The position numbers were made by a program, and so were the translations under genes. From the IMG/VR virus record IMGVR_UViG_3300048438_000153, positions 1 to 64,000 of that record: a stretch of 64,000 bases of DNA; one strand, given 5' to 3'. The notes below the pieces were generated by a model. The model saw only the letters and a program-made list of their open reading frames with translations, was not told the origin of the DNA and searched no databases. Every line of letters begins with the position of its first letter. Position 1 is the stretch's first letter. Positions 1 through 8,270 of the stretch are shown here, piece by piece.

Positions 1-64
1 AGGTGTGAGAGAGGGGCTTAAACTTCCTAACCTAACTCCCCCTCCTCACAGAAAGGTTTCTATC

Positions 65-580
65 ATGGGATACGTCAAGATCCTCAATATCATTCTAGCT
101 CTCCTGAGCTGGAACGGAGCGCCGACAGGTCGCTTATTGAGCGCACCTGTCCTCGACCACCTGACTTCGGTAGCAAAAGCTATCGAGTCAGCGCCAACCT
201 CGTATCAGGTGCGCGTCATCGCGCTCGGGTACGAGGAGTCACGCTTCGGGTTTCAGCACGTCCTTAAGGGGCGCAAGCTGAAGGTGTCGAGCGGTGCGTG
301 TGGGATTTTCCAACAGTTGCCTCGGTACGCTCTCGCGGGGAAGACCACCTGTGCGAAGCTCCAACAGCCTAAAGAGGCTGTGAGGCAAGCTCTCGCATAC
401 CTGAAGATGATTGAGAAGAGGTTCAAGCCTCGTCACAAGGGCAAGGGTGAGCTTCGCATGGATCGGGCGATGTGCCATTACTTCTCGGGCAACCGATGTG
501 ATCGGAGCGCGAGAAAGTATTCGCAACGCCACCGAGCCACACGCCTAAAGACTCTCCGTCTTTGGAAGGAGTGGAGATGA
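65..580 (+). CDS. Soluble lytic transglycosylase (SLT)-like protein with a hydrophobic N-terminus; possible endolysin or virion lysin
   Basis: Catalytic-Glu motif GYEESRF, GACGIFQ (GAxGxxQ-like) motif and AMCHYFSG (YxxG-like) motif. Start refined to the ATG at 65 (MGYVKILNIILALLSW), downstream of AAAGG. Confidence 0.75.
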   Translation: MGYVKILNIILALLSWNGAPTGRLLSAPVLDHLTSVAKAIESAPTSYQVRVIALGYEESRFGFQHVLKGRKLKVSSGACGIFQQLPRYALAGKTTCAKLQQPKEAVRQALAYLKMIEKRFKPRHKGKGELRMDRAMCHYFSGNRCDRSARKYSQRHRATRLKTLRLWKEWR

Positions 581-774
581 GGAGGTGTCAGCGTTGCGAT
601 AATCACGCCCGCATGTACAAATGCTCTTGGTACAACAGGCAGGAAATCTGCCTGTCATGCGCCGAGAAAGAGACACATCGCGCTGACTATCGAGCTTGCC
701 GAGAGGCGGAGCTTGAGGCGGTTCGATCGGGTGACTTCAACTTCACTTTCCTTTCAGCTTGGAAGGAGGGATGA
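577..774 (+). CDS. Small conserved phage protein with two CxxC motifs (putative Zn-binding)
   Basis: CQRC...CLSC followed by EKETHRADYRACREAELEAVRSGDFNF; ATGA overlap with the upstream gene; SD GGAG. Confidence 0.7.
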   Translation: MRRCQRCDNHARMYKCSWYNRQEICLSCAEKETHRADYRACREAELEAVRSGDFNFTFLSAWKEG

Positions 775-850
775 GGTCGGGGGGGGGCGCGAACGCGCTC
801 CTCCCTTATGAGTTCACGAGGGTGTATTTTGACCCCATGTTGTAGAACGA

Positions 851-900
851 CAAAAGGGCGCTCGCAAGGTCAAATCATCGACCTTACGAGCGCCCTTTTG
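851..900. terminator. Bidirectional rho-independent terminator
   Basis: CAAAAGGGCGCTCG-C-AAGGTC-aaatcatc-GACCTT-A-CGAGCGCCCTTTTG long hairpin flanked by A and T runs, between convergent genes. Confidence 0.8.
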
Positions 901-926
901 TTTTGTTTTCTTTTCTCAGCGTCTTA

Positions 927-2009
927 TTAGAGTAGCCCGTTTTGCTTGAGGATATTTGAGAGGTTGTTTCGGGCTTCCATCGCTTTCTGTTCCGCAGAGG
1001 CGAGGGGGGCTGAAAAAGAGGCTTCTAGTTTATCTGCGCGTCGGGAGGAGACCCGAGCCTCCTCTCTAAGTCTCGTGACTTCCTGTTTCTTGATCTCGGC
1101 TTCGCTGAGAAGATTTTCAAAGATGCGCTTTGCTTCGCTTGTAGCCATGAGAGCTTCAGCTACGGTCTGCCATTTCTCTTGTTGGAGATTCTCTTGTTGG
1201 GTTTGGAGTTGAGGTAGAGGCATAACTTTGTAGTGTCCGTGTGAGATACGCTCAAGAGCGCCTAGTCTCCTCAACGTGGAAATAACATTAGTGGGCCACT
1301 TAAAGTCACCGACAGACTTTAGGTCGCTAGAAAGGACATCTTGTCTATGTTTGATTTGGTCGTAAAGAATATCCGCATCGAGTGGGTTAAGCTCTCCTTT
1401 CAAAATAAGCCCTCTCTGTAGGAGAATAGAGTTTGAATCTACTAAAGACTTTATGGCGCGCGCGAAGCGATGCCTTGTACACTCTGAAGAGAGCGAGGTT
1501 ACGTCCTCACGGACTTTATCGTAGCTGTTGATGTCAGAGGTCAAGTGATCCCAAATAGCCCTCTGAACAGGGCATACAAGTGCGATTGTTTTTATGTTAC
1601 TCTGAGTAACCCTGTATATAGGGGGGAGTTGCTGACAGATGTAACGTCCTTGATCTACTCGGAGTAGTCCTTGATCACTAAGGAGGGTTTCGAGAGCGGA
1701 ATCGGTGGTCGAAGATTCTTTCTCTGAGAGGGAGTGAATATCTTTGTATCGGTATGTAGTCCCTTCAGTCAGCTTATTGTAGAGTTCAGCCGAGTTAGTG
1801 GGTTTCCACTCGCCCTGAGTAAGAGTGTAATAGTCACTGTTTCTCGTAGCGAATCCTCGATGAACAATGCCGTTGATGTTGCTTCTGATCTCACCTTCTG
1901 AAGCATTTGGAAACATCTTAGCGATGTTTCGATAGGAAAGAGTCTTTTTTGGGGAGTTGTCGAGGAGGGCGACGATGGATCTTCTTAGTCTGTGTGTGTC
2001 TGTGATCAT
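927..2009 (-). CDS. Hypothetical protein with probable tandem winged-helix domains and a C-terminal coiled coil
   Basis: 360-aa ORF with repeated helix-turn-helix/wing-like segments (LSYRNIAKMF...IVHRGFATRNSDYYTL; LETLLSDQGLLRVDQGRY; LRRLGALERISHGHYKV) and an E/K/A-rich coiled-coil end. Confidence 0.6.
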   Translation of the reverse strand: MITDTHRLRRSIVALLDNSPKKTLSYRNIAKMFPNASEGEIRSNINGIVHRGFATRNSDYYTLTQGEWKPTNSAELYNKLTEGTTYRYKDIHSLSEKESSTTDSALETLLSDQGLLRVDQGRYICQQLPPIYRVTQSNIKTIALVCPVQRAIWDHLTSDINSYDKVREDVTSLSSECTRHRFARAIKSLVDSNSILLQRGLILKGELNPLDADILYDQIKHRQDVLSSDLKSVGDFKWPTNVISTLRRLGALERISHGHYKVMPLPQLQTQQENLQQEKWQTVAEALMATSEAKRIFENLLSEAEIKKQEVTRLREEARVSSRRADKLEASFSAPLASAEQKAMEARNNLSNILKQNGLL

Positions 2010-2290
2010 GTTTCTTTCTCGATGAGGTCTAGCGCCTCAGTGACGATATCAGGGAGAGCCTCGATGAGTGGCGAAGCTCTATCGACATATATGATTTCGG
2101 AAAGCTCTTTTTGCTTTCCCTCAACAAAAACGAAAATTTCTTTCCTTGACCGCACCCTCGCGCTGAAGAAATAGGGGAGGGCTTCTTGGGTCTGTGTGTC
2201 AGTTAGTCTGAAGGAAATATGGTCTTCTCTCACCTCTTCTTTCTTGAAGGTTGCGGTCACTCCCTCGCTCTGTATGTGGATGTGAATCAT
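2006..2290 (-). CDS. Hypothetical protein
   Basis: 94-aa ORF with ATGA overlap to the downstream gene and SD GGAG. Confidence 0.6.
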   Translation of the reverse strand: MIHIHIQSEGVTATFKKEEVREDHISFRLTDTQTQEALPYFFSARVRSRKEIFVFVEGKQKELSEIIYVDRASPLIEALPDIVTEALDLIEKET

Positions 2291-2294
2291 CAGG

Positions 2295-2753
2295 TCATCT
2301 CCTTAAAAATCTCCCCGAGGGGTAACACTTCATCAGGCACTTAGCGCATACACATATGATAGTCTCGACAGGGTAAAAATCGCTGTTTCTAGTGAGGACT
2401 CGACAGTACTTTCTGATGAGTCTTCTAGGGGGCTTAAGGCCAAGTATACTACAGCGAGCCATTTCTGCACTGAGTAGGTCAAACACTCTCTCTGCTATCT
2501 GTACCTGAACGCTTAGTTTCTTGGCTTCCCTCAGTTCTTTCTCAAACTGATTGGGAGAGATAATCTGAATAGGGACAGAGGGGCATCGCCCTGTAGGGAA
2601 GCAGTCGGACGTATTCTTGTACGCCTCGTCTCCTGTCTTTTTATAGAGGTGTCTCAGCTTAGCGTAGCTCGTAAGCAACTCTACCGTCGCGTTCTCTGCA
2701 TTCAAGTGCCTATGGAAGAGTGTAAGCTCCTCAAGATACTTGATCGGCTTCAT
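2295..2753 (-). CDS. Hypothetical protein
   Basis: 152-aa ORF in the operon, 4-nt spacing to both neighbours. Confidence 0.55.
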   Translation of the reverse strand: MKPIKYLEELTLFHRHLNAENATVELLTSYAKLRHLYKKTGDEAYKNTSDCFPTGRCPSVPIQIISPNQFEKELREAKKLSVQVQIAERVFDLLSAEMARCSILGLKPPRRLIRKYCRVLTRNSDFYPVETIICVCAKCLMKCYPSGRFLRR

Positions 2754-2757
2754 AGTC

Positions 2758-4383
2758 TTACGAACCTATCGCCTTAGCGTTCATGCACATTGCGCTCAGA
2801 GCGCAGACCTGAGCGCACTGAGTGCGATCAACACCCTCTGCTCCGAAGCATCCAAGAGAGCTTCCCTCGACGTGGTGAGTCTTCCAACCCTCTAGTCCCT
2901 TAAGGGCGCGCTCGCTCGTCTTCTCGATCACTTTAAGGATTTTTGACGTGTAGCCCTTCAGCCCCTTCTTCTTAGCGTCTGCGAGGATGAGTGCCTGCTT
3001 CTTTCTGCGTTCTTCAGGGATGAAGTCGAGGGGCGTTACGTCCTCAGAGAAAGAAAGGACAACCTCTCCGCTCTGCGCCTCGCTCAAGTAGACGTCACCA
3101 CCCTCAATTGCGCCCCACACGTTACCCTCGACAAGCTCTAGGAAGATACTCTGAGCATCCTCTACGGTAGGCTCAATCTCCACCTCATCATCAAAGAGGT
3201 TATCGAGGTTGAGCGCGTCAGAAACCACAGTGTCTTCTGTGGACTCGTCAACATCGAAGGGAGGCTCGGACTCAGAGTTATCTGTGAGTGTGTAACCCTC
3301 AGCTTGAGGCTCAGTAGGCTCAGCAGAAAGGTCTTTCTTGACAGTCTCGACCATATCAATGGGTCGGGTGTACTCAAGACCCTCAGCGTCAACACCTACG
3401 CGGATCTCTTTCTCCTCATCGACCCAAGCCTGAGTCTCGATTCCGAACGTCTCCACCTCTTGGAGAGTGAGCGATTCTCCCTCCTCATCATCAACCTTAT
3501 TTCCCTCAGCGTCGAAAGTGACTCTCACAGTAACGGAGGCGTCGTCTACCCAATCAACCTCAACCTGAGTCTGACCCTCTTCAAGTTCAGTGTCGATATC
3601 CATCAAGTTAGCTTCCTCTGAGAAGCCAATCGCTTCCTCATACGCTTCCTCAAGTTCAGTGTCGATATCCATCAAGTTAGCTTCTTCAACCTGAGCTTCA
3701 ACCTGAGCTTCAACCTGAGCTTCAACCTGAGCCTGAGCCTGAGCCTCCTCGATAACCTCTTGAGCCTCCTCTACAGGAGAGAGGTCATTCTGAGGAAAGA
3801 ACTGAGCACGCTCAACGGCTGTGATCTCAACCTCCCAAGCACGCCCTTTCTCATCCACCTCTACTCGGATTTCTTTCTCACGGTCGAGGTAAGCGTAGAT
3901 AGATCGCTTTGAGGTAGGTTTGAGTAAGTCTCCGTCAGCGATATCATCCTCATCTCTCGCCATAGGGGGCTGATGCTCCTCTTTCTCCTCATCCTGAGAC
4001 ATGGACGATGGGATAGTCTGAGTCTCCTCGACCACCTCTTGCTCGACCACATTTTCAGCTTTCTTTCGAGGCTTGCGCGTTACCTTCTTCGTCTCTTTCT
4101 CAGGGGCTTCTGCGTTAGGGTCAGTGCTGATATAGAACCATCGAGGGGAGAAACAGATGCCCTCGTTCTTCATCTTCTTAGCGACGTGGGCGAAGCTCTC
4201 CACGAAACGGAAACGACCTTCAGGGTACTTTGCATTGGGCTTGGTGCGCCCGAAGTCCTCATAATTTGCCCCCTCAAGCTCTAAGATCTTATCTTTAACC
4301 TCTTGAGTGTGGGCGACACCTCCGAGCGCGTTAATCGCCTCAACCATACGAGCCTCAATCACCTTGCTTGTGTCTTTACGCAT
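2758..4383 (-). CDS. Protein with an N-terminal Mrr_N-like winged-helix, a long acidic repetitive middle and a C-terminal 4-Cys motif
   Basis: N-terminal MVEAINALGGVAHTQEVKDKI...RF...KKMKNEG resembles the Mrr_N wHTH. The middle is D/E-rich. The C-terminus has GCFG-x8-C-x3-C-x4-C. Confidence 0.7.
   Translation of the reverse strand: MRKDTSKVIEARMVEAINALGGVAHTQEVKDKILELEGANYEDFGRTKPNAKYPEGRFRFVESFAHVAKKMKNEGICFSPRWFYISTDPNAEAPEKETKKVTRKPRKKAENVVEQEVVEETQTIPSSMSQDEEKEEHQPPMARDEDDIADGDLLKPTSKRSIYAYLDREKEIRVEVDEKGRAWEVEITAVERAQFFPQNDLSPVEEAQEVIEEAQAQAQVEAQVEAQVEAQVEEANLMDIDTELEEAYEEAIGFSEEANLMDIDTELEEGQTQVEVDWVDDASVTVRVTFDAEGNKVDDEEGESLTLQEVETFGIETQAWVDEEKEIRVGVDAEGLEYTRPIDMVETVKKDLSAEPTEPQAEGYTLTDNSESEPPFDVDESTEDTVVSDALNLDNLFDDEVEIEPTVEDAQSIFLELVEGNVWGAIEGGDVYLSEAQSGEVVLSFSEDVTPLDFIPEERRKKQALILADAKKKGLKGYTSKILKVIEKTSERALKGLEGWKTHHVEGSSLGCFGAEGVDRTQCAQVCALSAMCMNAKAIGS
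3581..3684. repeat. 35-bp direct repeat (2 copies, 3581-3615 and 3650-3684) encoding EANLMDIDTELE
   Basis: tcaagttcagtgtcgatatccatcaagttagcttc is present twice. Confidence 0.9.
3684..3731. repeat. 12-bp tandem repeat (about 4 copies) encoding QVEA repeats
   Basis: (cttcaacctgag)n followed by cctgag hexamers. Confidence 0.9.
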
Positions 4384-4471
4384 TGGGCAAATATCTTTCT
4401 CTACTCTCGTTGAGTAGTCTTAAAGTGTGTGTTCTTTCATATCGGAAAGTGAAGCCTTTCGGCCTCATAAA

Positions 4472-4560
4472 GCCACATAGGGGAGTCGAACCCTCCATCA
4501 CATCGGGGACAACACTCTATGTTTCAAAAGTGCTATTCGTTCACCTTCTCTCTCAAAGGC
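4472..4560 (-). pseudogene. Possible degenerate class-II tRNA remnant (tRNA-Ser UGA-like)
   Basis: T-arm GAGGG-TTCGACT-CCCCT; TT-TGA-AA sits at the anticodon-loop position of an 89-nt layout; acceptor, D and anticodon stems are mostly unpaired. Confidence 0.3.
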
Positions 4561-4641
4561 TAGATGTGAGACACCATTTGTCTGTGACTGTGGACTGCCC
4601 TTAAGGGCAGAACTACCTCAGCTAACGCCCCTAGAGGAGTG

Positions 4642-4676
4642 TTACTCTTAGTTACCCATTTCGGATACCTCAACTC
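4642..4676 (-). repeat. Dispersed intergenic repeat, copy A (short form, one internal unit missing)
   Basis: Coding strand GAGTTGAGGTATCCGAAATGGGTAACTAAGAGTAA; contains the TGA stop of gene 4670-5134. Confidence 0.8.
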
Positions 4677-5134
4677 GCCCAACTCCAAGCGCGGTAGTCC
4701 TCAACGCCAACCTTGAGATACCACTGACCATTGATCGCCATGAAGACATCGCCCACTGAGAAAGTCTTAGCGGTTTCCTCATCCACGTTGTAGTCTCTCA
4801 GCACAAGAGCCCTAACCGTGTCCTCTCCCTCTGCTTTCTCGTAGAAACCACCATCGAGAATGATGCGCTCGTCAATGTCGTCAGTCAGAGCCATGAGCTT
4901 CTCCTCAAGAGACAGTCTGAGCTTATCCTCCTCCGTCTCAGGCTCTTGCTCCGAGAAATGGCAGTAGTCATCTTCAAGATAGACAGGAGGCTTGAGAGCC
5001 TTATTTGACGAAATCTCGTAAGCGCGCTCCAAGATCTCTTTCTTTTCAGGGATGGGCAAGTCACCCATAACTTCTTTCTTAAGAAGGGTCACTTGCTCTA
5101 CGGCATCTTTGAGTCGCTTGATGTAGTGGTTCAT
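4670..5134 (-). CDS. Hypothetical protein
   Basis: 154-aa ORF, AAAGGA SD, stop inside repeat copy A. Confidence 0.7.
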   Translation of the reverse strand: MNHYIKRLKDAVEQVTLLKKEVMGDLPIPEKKEILERAYEISSNKALKPPVYLEDDYCHFSEQEPETEEDKLRLSLEEKLMALTDDIDERIILDGGFYEKAEGEDTVRALVLRDYNVDEETAKTFSVGDVFMAINGQWYLKVGVEDYRAWSWAS

Positions 5135-5188
5135 AGATATTTTCCTTTAGGGGTGGTGACGTATGCCCCTCCACGATGGAGTCTTAGC

Positions 5189-5698
5189 TTAGTGGGCGAG
5201 GGAGTTTGACTTGATATACTCAAGTGTCTCTAGCGCGTAGTCATGGTTCGCTTGCCATTGTTTCAACTCCTCGTCAGAAATGATCTCCTCAATAGAGAAC
5301 TTGGAGATGATGCACTGACGACCCTCGAAGTCCGTAAGAATAAAGTCTCCGTTCTTCTTTCTCATCCAAGTGGCGCGAGCCGTGATTCCGCCTGAAGTCA
5401 CAGAGATGAACCCGTCAGAAACAGGTCTAAACTCAGTGAAGTGCGTGTGTGTCTCGGGCATCTTGAAGTCCTCAAACTCCTCTGCGTGGATGATCTCCAC
5501 AGATGTCGAGATTCGACATCCCTTAGATGCGATCTTGAGGTCTGAAGGGAGGTTGTGATGTCTCCACGTCCTAAGAACAAGACGCTGTGTCTCAGGGAAA
5601 TCATACGGATCGACGAAAGAAGTCTCGCAATACGTCTCGCGCACCATGTCTGAGTTATGTCGAACGTCTTTTTGGAATACAAGCTTGAACTCGCTCAT
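5189..5698 (-). CDS. Hypothetical protein
   Basis: 169-aa ORF, AGGAG SD preceded by hairpin gagccc-tctttag-gggctc and repeat copy B. Confidence 0.75.
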   Translation of the reverse strand: MSEFKLVFQKDVRHNSDMVRETYCETSFVDPYDFPETQRLVLRTWRHHNLPSDLKIASKGCRISTSVEIIHAEEFEDFKMPETHTHFTEFRPVSDGFISVTSGGITARATWMRKKNGDFILTDFEGRQCIISKFSIEEIISDEELKQWQANHDYALETLEYIKSNSLAH

Positions 5699-5733
5699 GT
5701 CTTTTCTCCTGAGCCCTCTTTAGGGGCTCTGTC

Positions 5734-5784
5734 TAGTGATTACTCTTAGTTACCCAATCCTGTTACCTCACCAATACCTCAACT
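5734..5784 (-). repeat. Dispersed intergenic repeat, copy B
   Basis: Coding strand AGTTGAGGTATTGGTGAGGTAACAGGATTGGGTAACTAAGAGTAATCACTA. Confidence 0.95.
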
Positions 5785-5795
5785 TGAAACTTTCC

Positions 5796-6302
5796 CTAAG
5801 TGCCTAGAATCTCATCCCAAAACCACATCACGCCCTCTGTATCTACCGCGCCGACGAAGGTTGTGTACGCTACGATCTTAGCCCCTTCTCCAACTAGGAT
5901 CTCATCGTCAGTGTCAATGTAGTCATGCACCTGACGCTGAGTGCTCCAACTGTTAAGAGTACGAATCATAAAGTGCTGGAGATCCTGAAGAACATCCGAC
6001 TTGGGTATCATCTCAGCGCCCAAGATCTGATAAAACTCAGCTCCGTTGTTCTTTTCCCCAATGAGGCAGAAATGAACGGCAAAGCATCCCTCAACACCCT
6101 CTTCAGAGTGAACCTTCAAGTGAGATCTTTTGAGCGCCCCTGATCGTCTTAGGTCATGATTGAAGCACCTACCATCAAAGAACTCCCGATCCTCGGGGCG
6201 AGAGTTGCCTAAGTCGATGATCAACTCTGTAGCTACGGCCTTGATTGATTGGAAAGTAGGTGGAAGCCCGCTGACGTCGATTCGCTTTAGTGTTCCCATC
6301 AT
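5796..6302 (-). CDS. Hypothetical protein
   Basis: 168-aa ORF with GAGG SD, downstream of repeat copy C. Confidence 0.7.
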   Translation of the reverse strand: MMGTLKRIDVSGLPPTFQSIKAVATELIIDLGNSRPEDREFFDGRCFNHDLRRSGALKRSHLKVHSEEGVEGCFAVHFCLIGEKNNGAEFYQILGAEMIPKSDVLQDLQHFMIRTLNSWSTQRQVHDYIDTDDEILVGEGAKIVAYTTFVGAVDTEGVMWFWDEILGT

Positions 6303-6328
6303 TGTTAGTTACCTCTCTGAAGTGGTGT

Positions 6329-6373
6329 TTACTCTTACTCTCTCAATCCTGTTACCTCACCAATACCTCAACT
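6329..6373 (-). repeat. Dispersed intergenic repeat, copy C
   Basis: Coding strand AGTTGAGGTATTGGTGAGGTAACAGGATTGAGAGAGTAAGAGTAA; contains the TGA stop of gene 6368-6571. Confidence 0.95.
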
Positions 6374-6571
6374 TGAAACTTTCCCTAAGTTCCTAGAATC
6401 TCTTCTTATCGAAGATTGATTTCTTTGATCATAGCTTTCGCAGGGGCATCTGCGCCCATAAAACTCTTCGTACACTTCGCATGAAGAGGGTTGTGAGGGG
6501 TGTTGATGAAAACGCTCGCTGTTATCAGCTAACCGTTGCTCTTCACAATCCGAGAAACTCTGAGAGCTCAT
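6368..6571 (-). CDS. Small hypothetical protein
   Basis: 67 aa, strong AAGGAGG SD, ATGA overlap with the upstream gene. Confidence 0.55.
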   Translation of the reverse strand: MSSQSFSDCEEQRLADNSERFHQHPSQPSSCEVYEEFYGRRCPCESYDQRNQSSIRRDSRNLGKVSS

Positions 6572-6888
6572 TGAGAAACCTCCTTAGAGCTGTACGGCAA
6601 GCTCTCCCAACCCGACTGTGCCACCACCACTGTTCCGTAGAAAGAGGGGAAATGCTCGTTGCGAGGGAGGGGGATCAAGCGCGCCTCTTCATGAACGAGA
6701 TATGACTCGTTACTCTGAGTGTCGAAATGAATGAGCTCCCATGAGGGAAACACCCTCTCAAGATCTCGTGAGTGGATCTCCTCAACTGCTTGGAAGCCCT
6801 TGCCCCCGATCAAGTGCTGAATGTCGTTGAAACACTTAACTTCGCGTGTCTCCATTGCTGAGTTTGTTGGATAAACTTTTACTTTCAT
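6568..6888 (-). CDS. DUF3846-like phage protein
   Basis: YLVHEEARLIPLPRN...FYGTVVVA resembles the DUF3846 motif (VxEEGxLxxLPxN...GxVxV); AAGGAG SD. Confidence 0.55.
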   Translation of the reverse strand: MKVKVYPTNSAMETREVKCFNDIQHLIGGKGFQAVEEIHSRDLERVFPSWELIHFDTQSNESYLVHEEARLIPLPRNEHFPSFYGTVVVAQSGWESLPYSSKEVSQ

Positions 6889-6962
6889 GTATCTCTTTCT
6901 CCTTGCCCACTAGTCAGGGGCGTAATATCGGGTTAGTCTTAATATATCGTAAAGGTAGCTCT

Positions 6963-7592
6963 TCAAGAGCCAATAACGTCAAGCCAAGAATAAAACTCTC
7001 TGTGCTTGACGGTGACATCTTCACCGTCAAGAAGGGTTTCTTTCTTGTACTCAATAGTCTCGAAGCCGAGTGAACACATTCTCTTAACCTCTCTTTCTCC
7101 GTAAATGAGGTTTCCATCATCATCCTCAGATGTAATGACGAGAAGACTCTCACCCTCTGTGGTTGAGGTTAAGAGAATCCTGTTAACGAGTCGCTGAGCG
7201 ACCTCAAGACCCAAGATAGGGAGATCAACCTCCCTCAAATGATCTACCGAGCCGAGATTCTCAACGATCACCTGACCAAAAACAGGACTTCGATCTCCCT
7301 TTGAGGGGAAGAAAGAGAAGAGAACCTCTGCCCAAACCTCTGAAGGTTTGTCTCCACCTAAGTTTAAGTAACAACTGAGCCAGAGATCAGATAAATCAGC
7401 GCGCTGAGAAAAGACATTTTCCACCTCATCCCTCACACCCATTGCTCTTAAAGCTTTACGAATGCATTCAGTGAGTGCGTTTGATCTAGATAGGGAGATC
7501 TCTTGATACTCGGGTCGATCTCTATACTTTGTGGCATGAAAGTCTGAGTCATTTACCTCAAGCTCCCCTGTGTGATCACACTTAACGTACAT
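6963..7592 (-). CDS. Hypothetical protein
   Basis: 209-aa ORF with AAAGGA SD. Confidence 0.65.
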   Translation of the reverse strand: MYVKCDHTGELEVNDSDFHATKYRDRPEYQEISLSRSNALTECIRKALRAMGVRDEVENVFSQRADLSDLWLSCYLNLGGDKPSEVWAEVLFSFFPSKGDRSPVFGQVIVENLGSVDHLREVDLPILGLEVAQRLVNRILLTSTTEGESLLVITSEDDDGNLIYGEREVKRMCSLGFETIEYKKETLLDGEDVTVKHREFYSWLDVIGS

Positions 7593-7604
7593 AATAGTCC
7601 TTTC

Positions 7605-8186
7605 TCACATATAGGGCTTTAAGATAGGGAAGCCTCCCTCCCAATCATCAATCACCGAGAATGATTTCTCGCGCTCCATGAAGTCCTGAGCAACTTTCTT
7701 AGCGTCAAACTCCACTCCGAAATACTCCCAACCGTCAGGGATGACTCCCAACACACAGTCTGAGAGGTTATCTTCTCTCGGAAGCGACTCTCCATCCTCC
7801 ATAAAGGCGGTTAACTGCTCTATTGTGTACTCGTTCGTAGTAAGAGTCACATCAATCAGCTTCCCATCGAGCGTCAGCCAAGCATGATGGATAGGGATGC
7901 CCCCTTTTCGACAGAAAAAACCCTCACAATACTTAAGACGCTCGCCTAACTGAGAGGAACTCATCAGGCTCATGTACTGCGCGTTGAAGAAACACTGCTT
8001 CGCTTGCGGTTCAAAAGCGATGCACATCGTCTCCACGAGGTCTTGCTGTTCCTCTGTCAGACACTCTGAGTGAGTAAATGCTTTTCCATTGTCTGTCAGA
8101 TATCTCGCCATAGGGTCTTTGTGACCCATCATCTCCGCGCTCTCTGCTCGAAACTTCAAATAGCTCTCTACCCCGTTGATTTCCAT
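7605..8186 (-). CDS. Putative transglutaminase/papain-like fold protein (Cys-His-Asp)
   Basis: KQCFFNA...YCEG...PIHHAW...LIDVT. Start refined to MEINGVES at 8186 (GAGGGG SD) because the longer call runs through repeat copy D. Confidence 0.55.
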   Translation of the reverse strand: MEINGVESYLKFRAESAEMMGHKDPMARYLTDNGKAFTHSECLTEEQQDLVETMCIAFEPQAKQCFFNAQYMSLMSSSQLGERLKYCEGFFCRKGGIPIHHAWLTLDGKLIDVTLTTNEYTIEQLTAFMEDGESLPREDNLSDCVLGVIPDGWEYFGVEFDAKKVAQDFMEREKSFSVIDDWEGGFPILKPYM

Positions 8187-8217
8187 GACTTTATCTTTCC
8201 CCTCGTATGAGGATCGC

Positions 8218-8270
8218 TTAGTGATTACTCTTACTCTCCCAATCCTGATACTCCACCAATACCTCAACTC
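8218..8270 (-). repeat. Dispersed intergenic repeat, copy D
   Basis: Coding strand GAGTTGAGGTATTGGTGGAGTATCAGGATTGGGAGAGTAAGAGTAATCACTAA; contains the TGA stop of gene 8264-8644. Confidence 0.9.

Noticed and set aside
6399-6570. Alternative frame across a TAG suggesting stop-codon recoding (genetic code 15)
   Set aside because: The multi-kb ORFs (4204 and 2884 aa) are open in the standard code, and TAG terminates genes cleanly (for example 32961-32963 overlapping the next SD). The annotated frame also has the strong SD.
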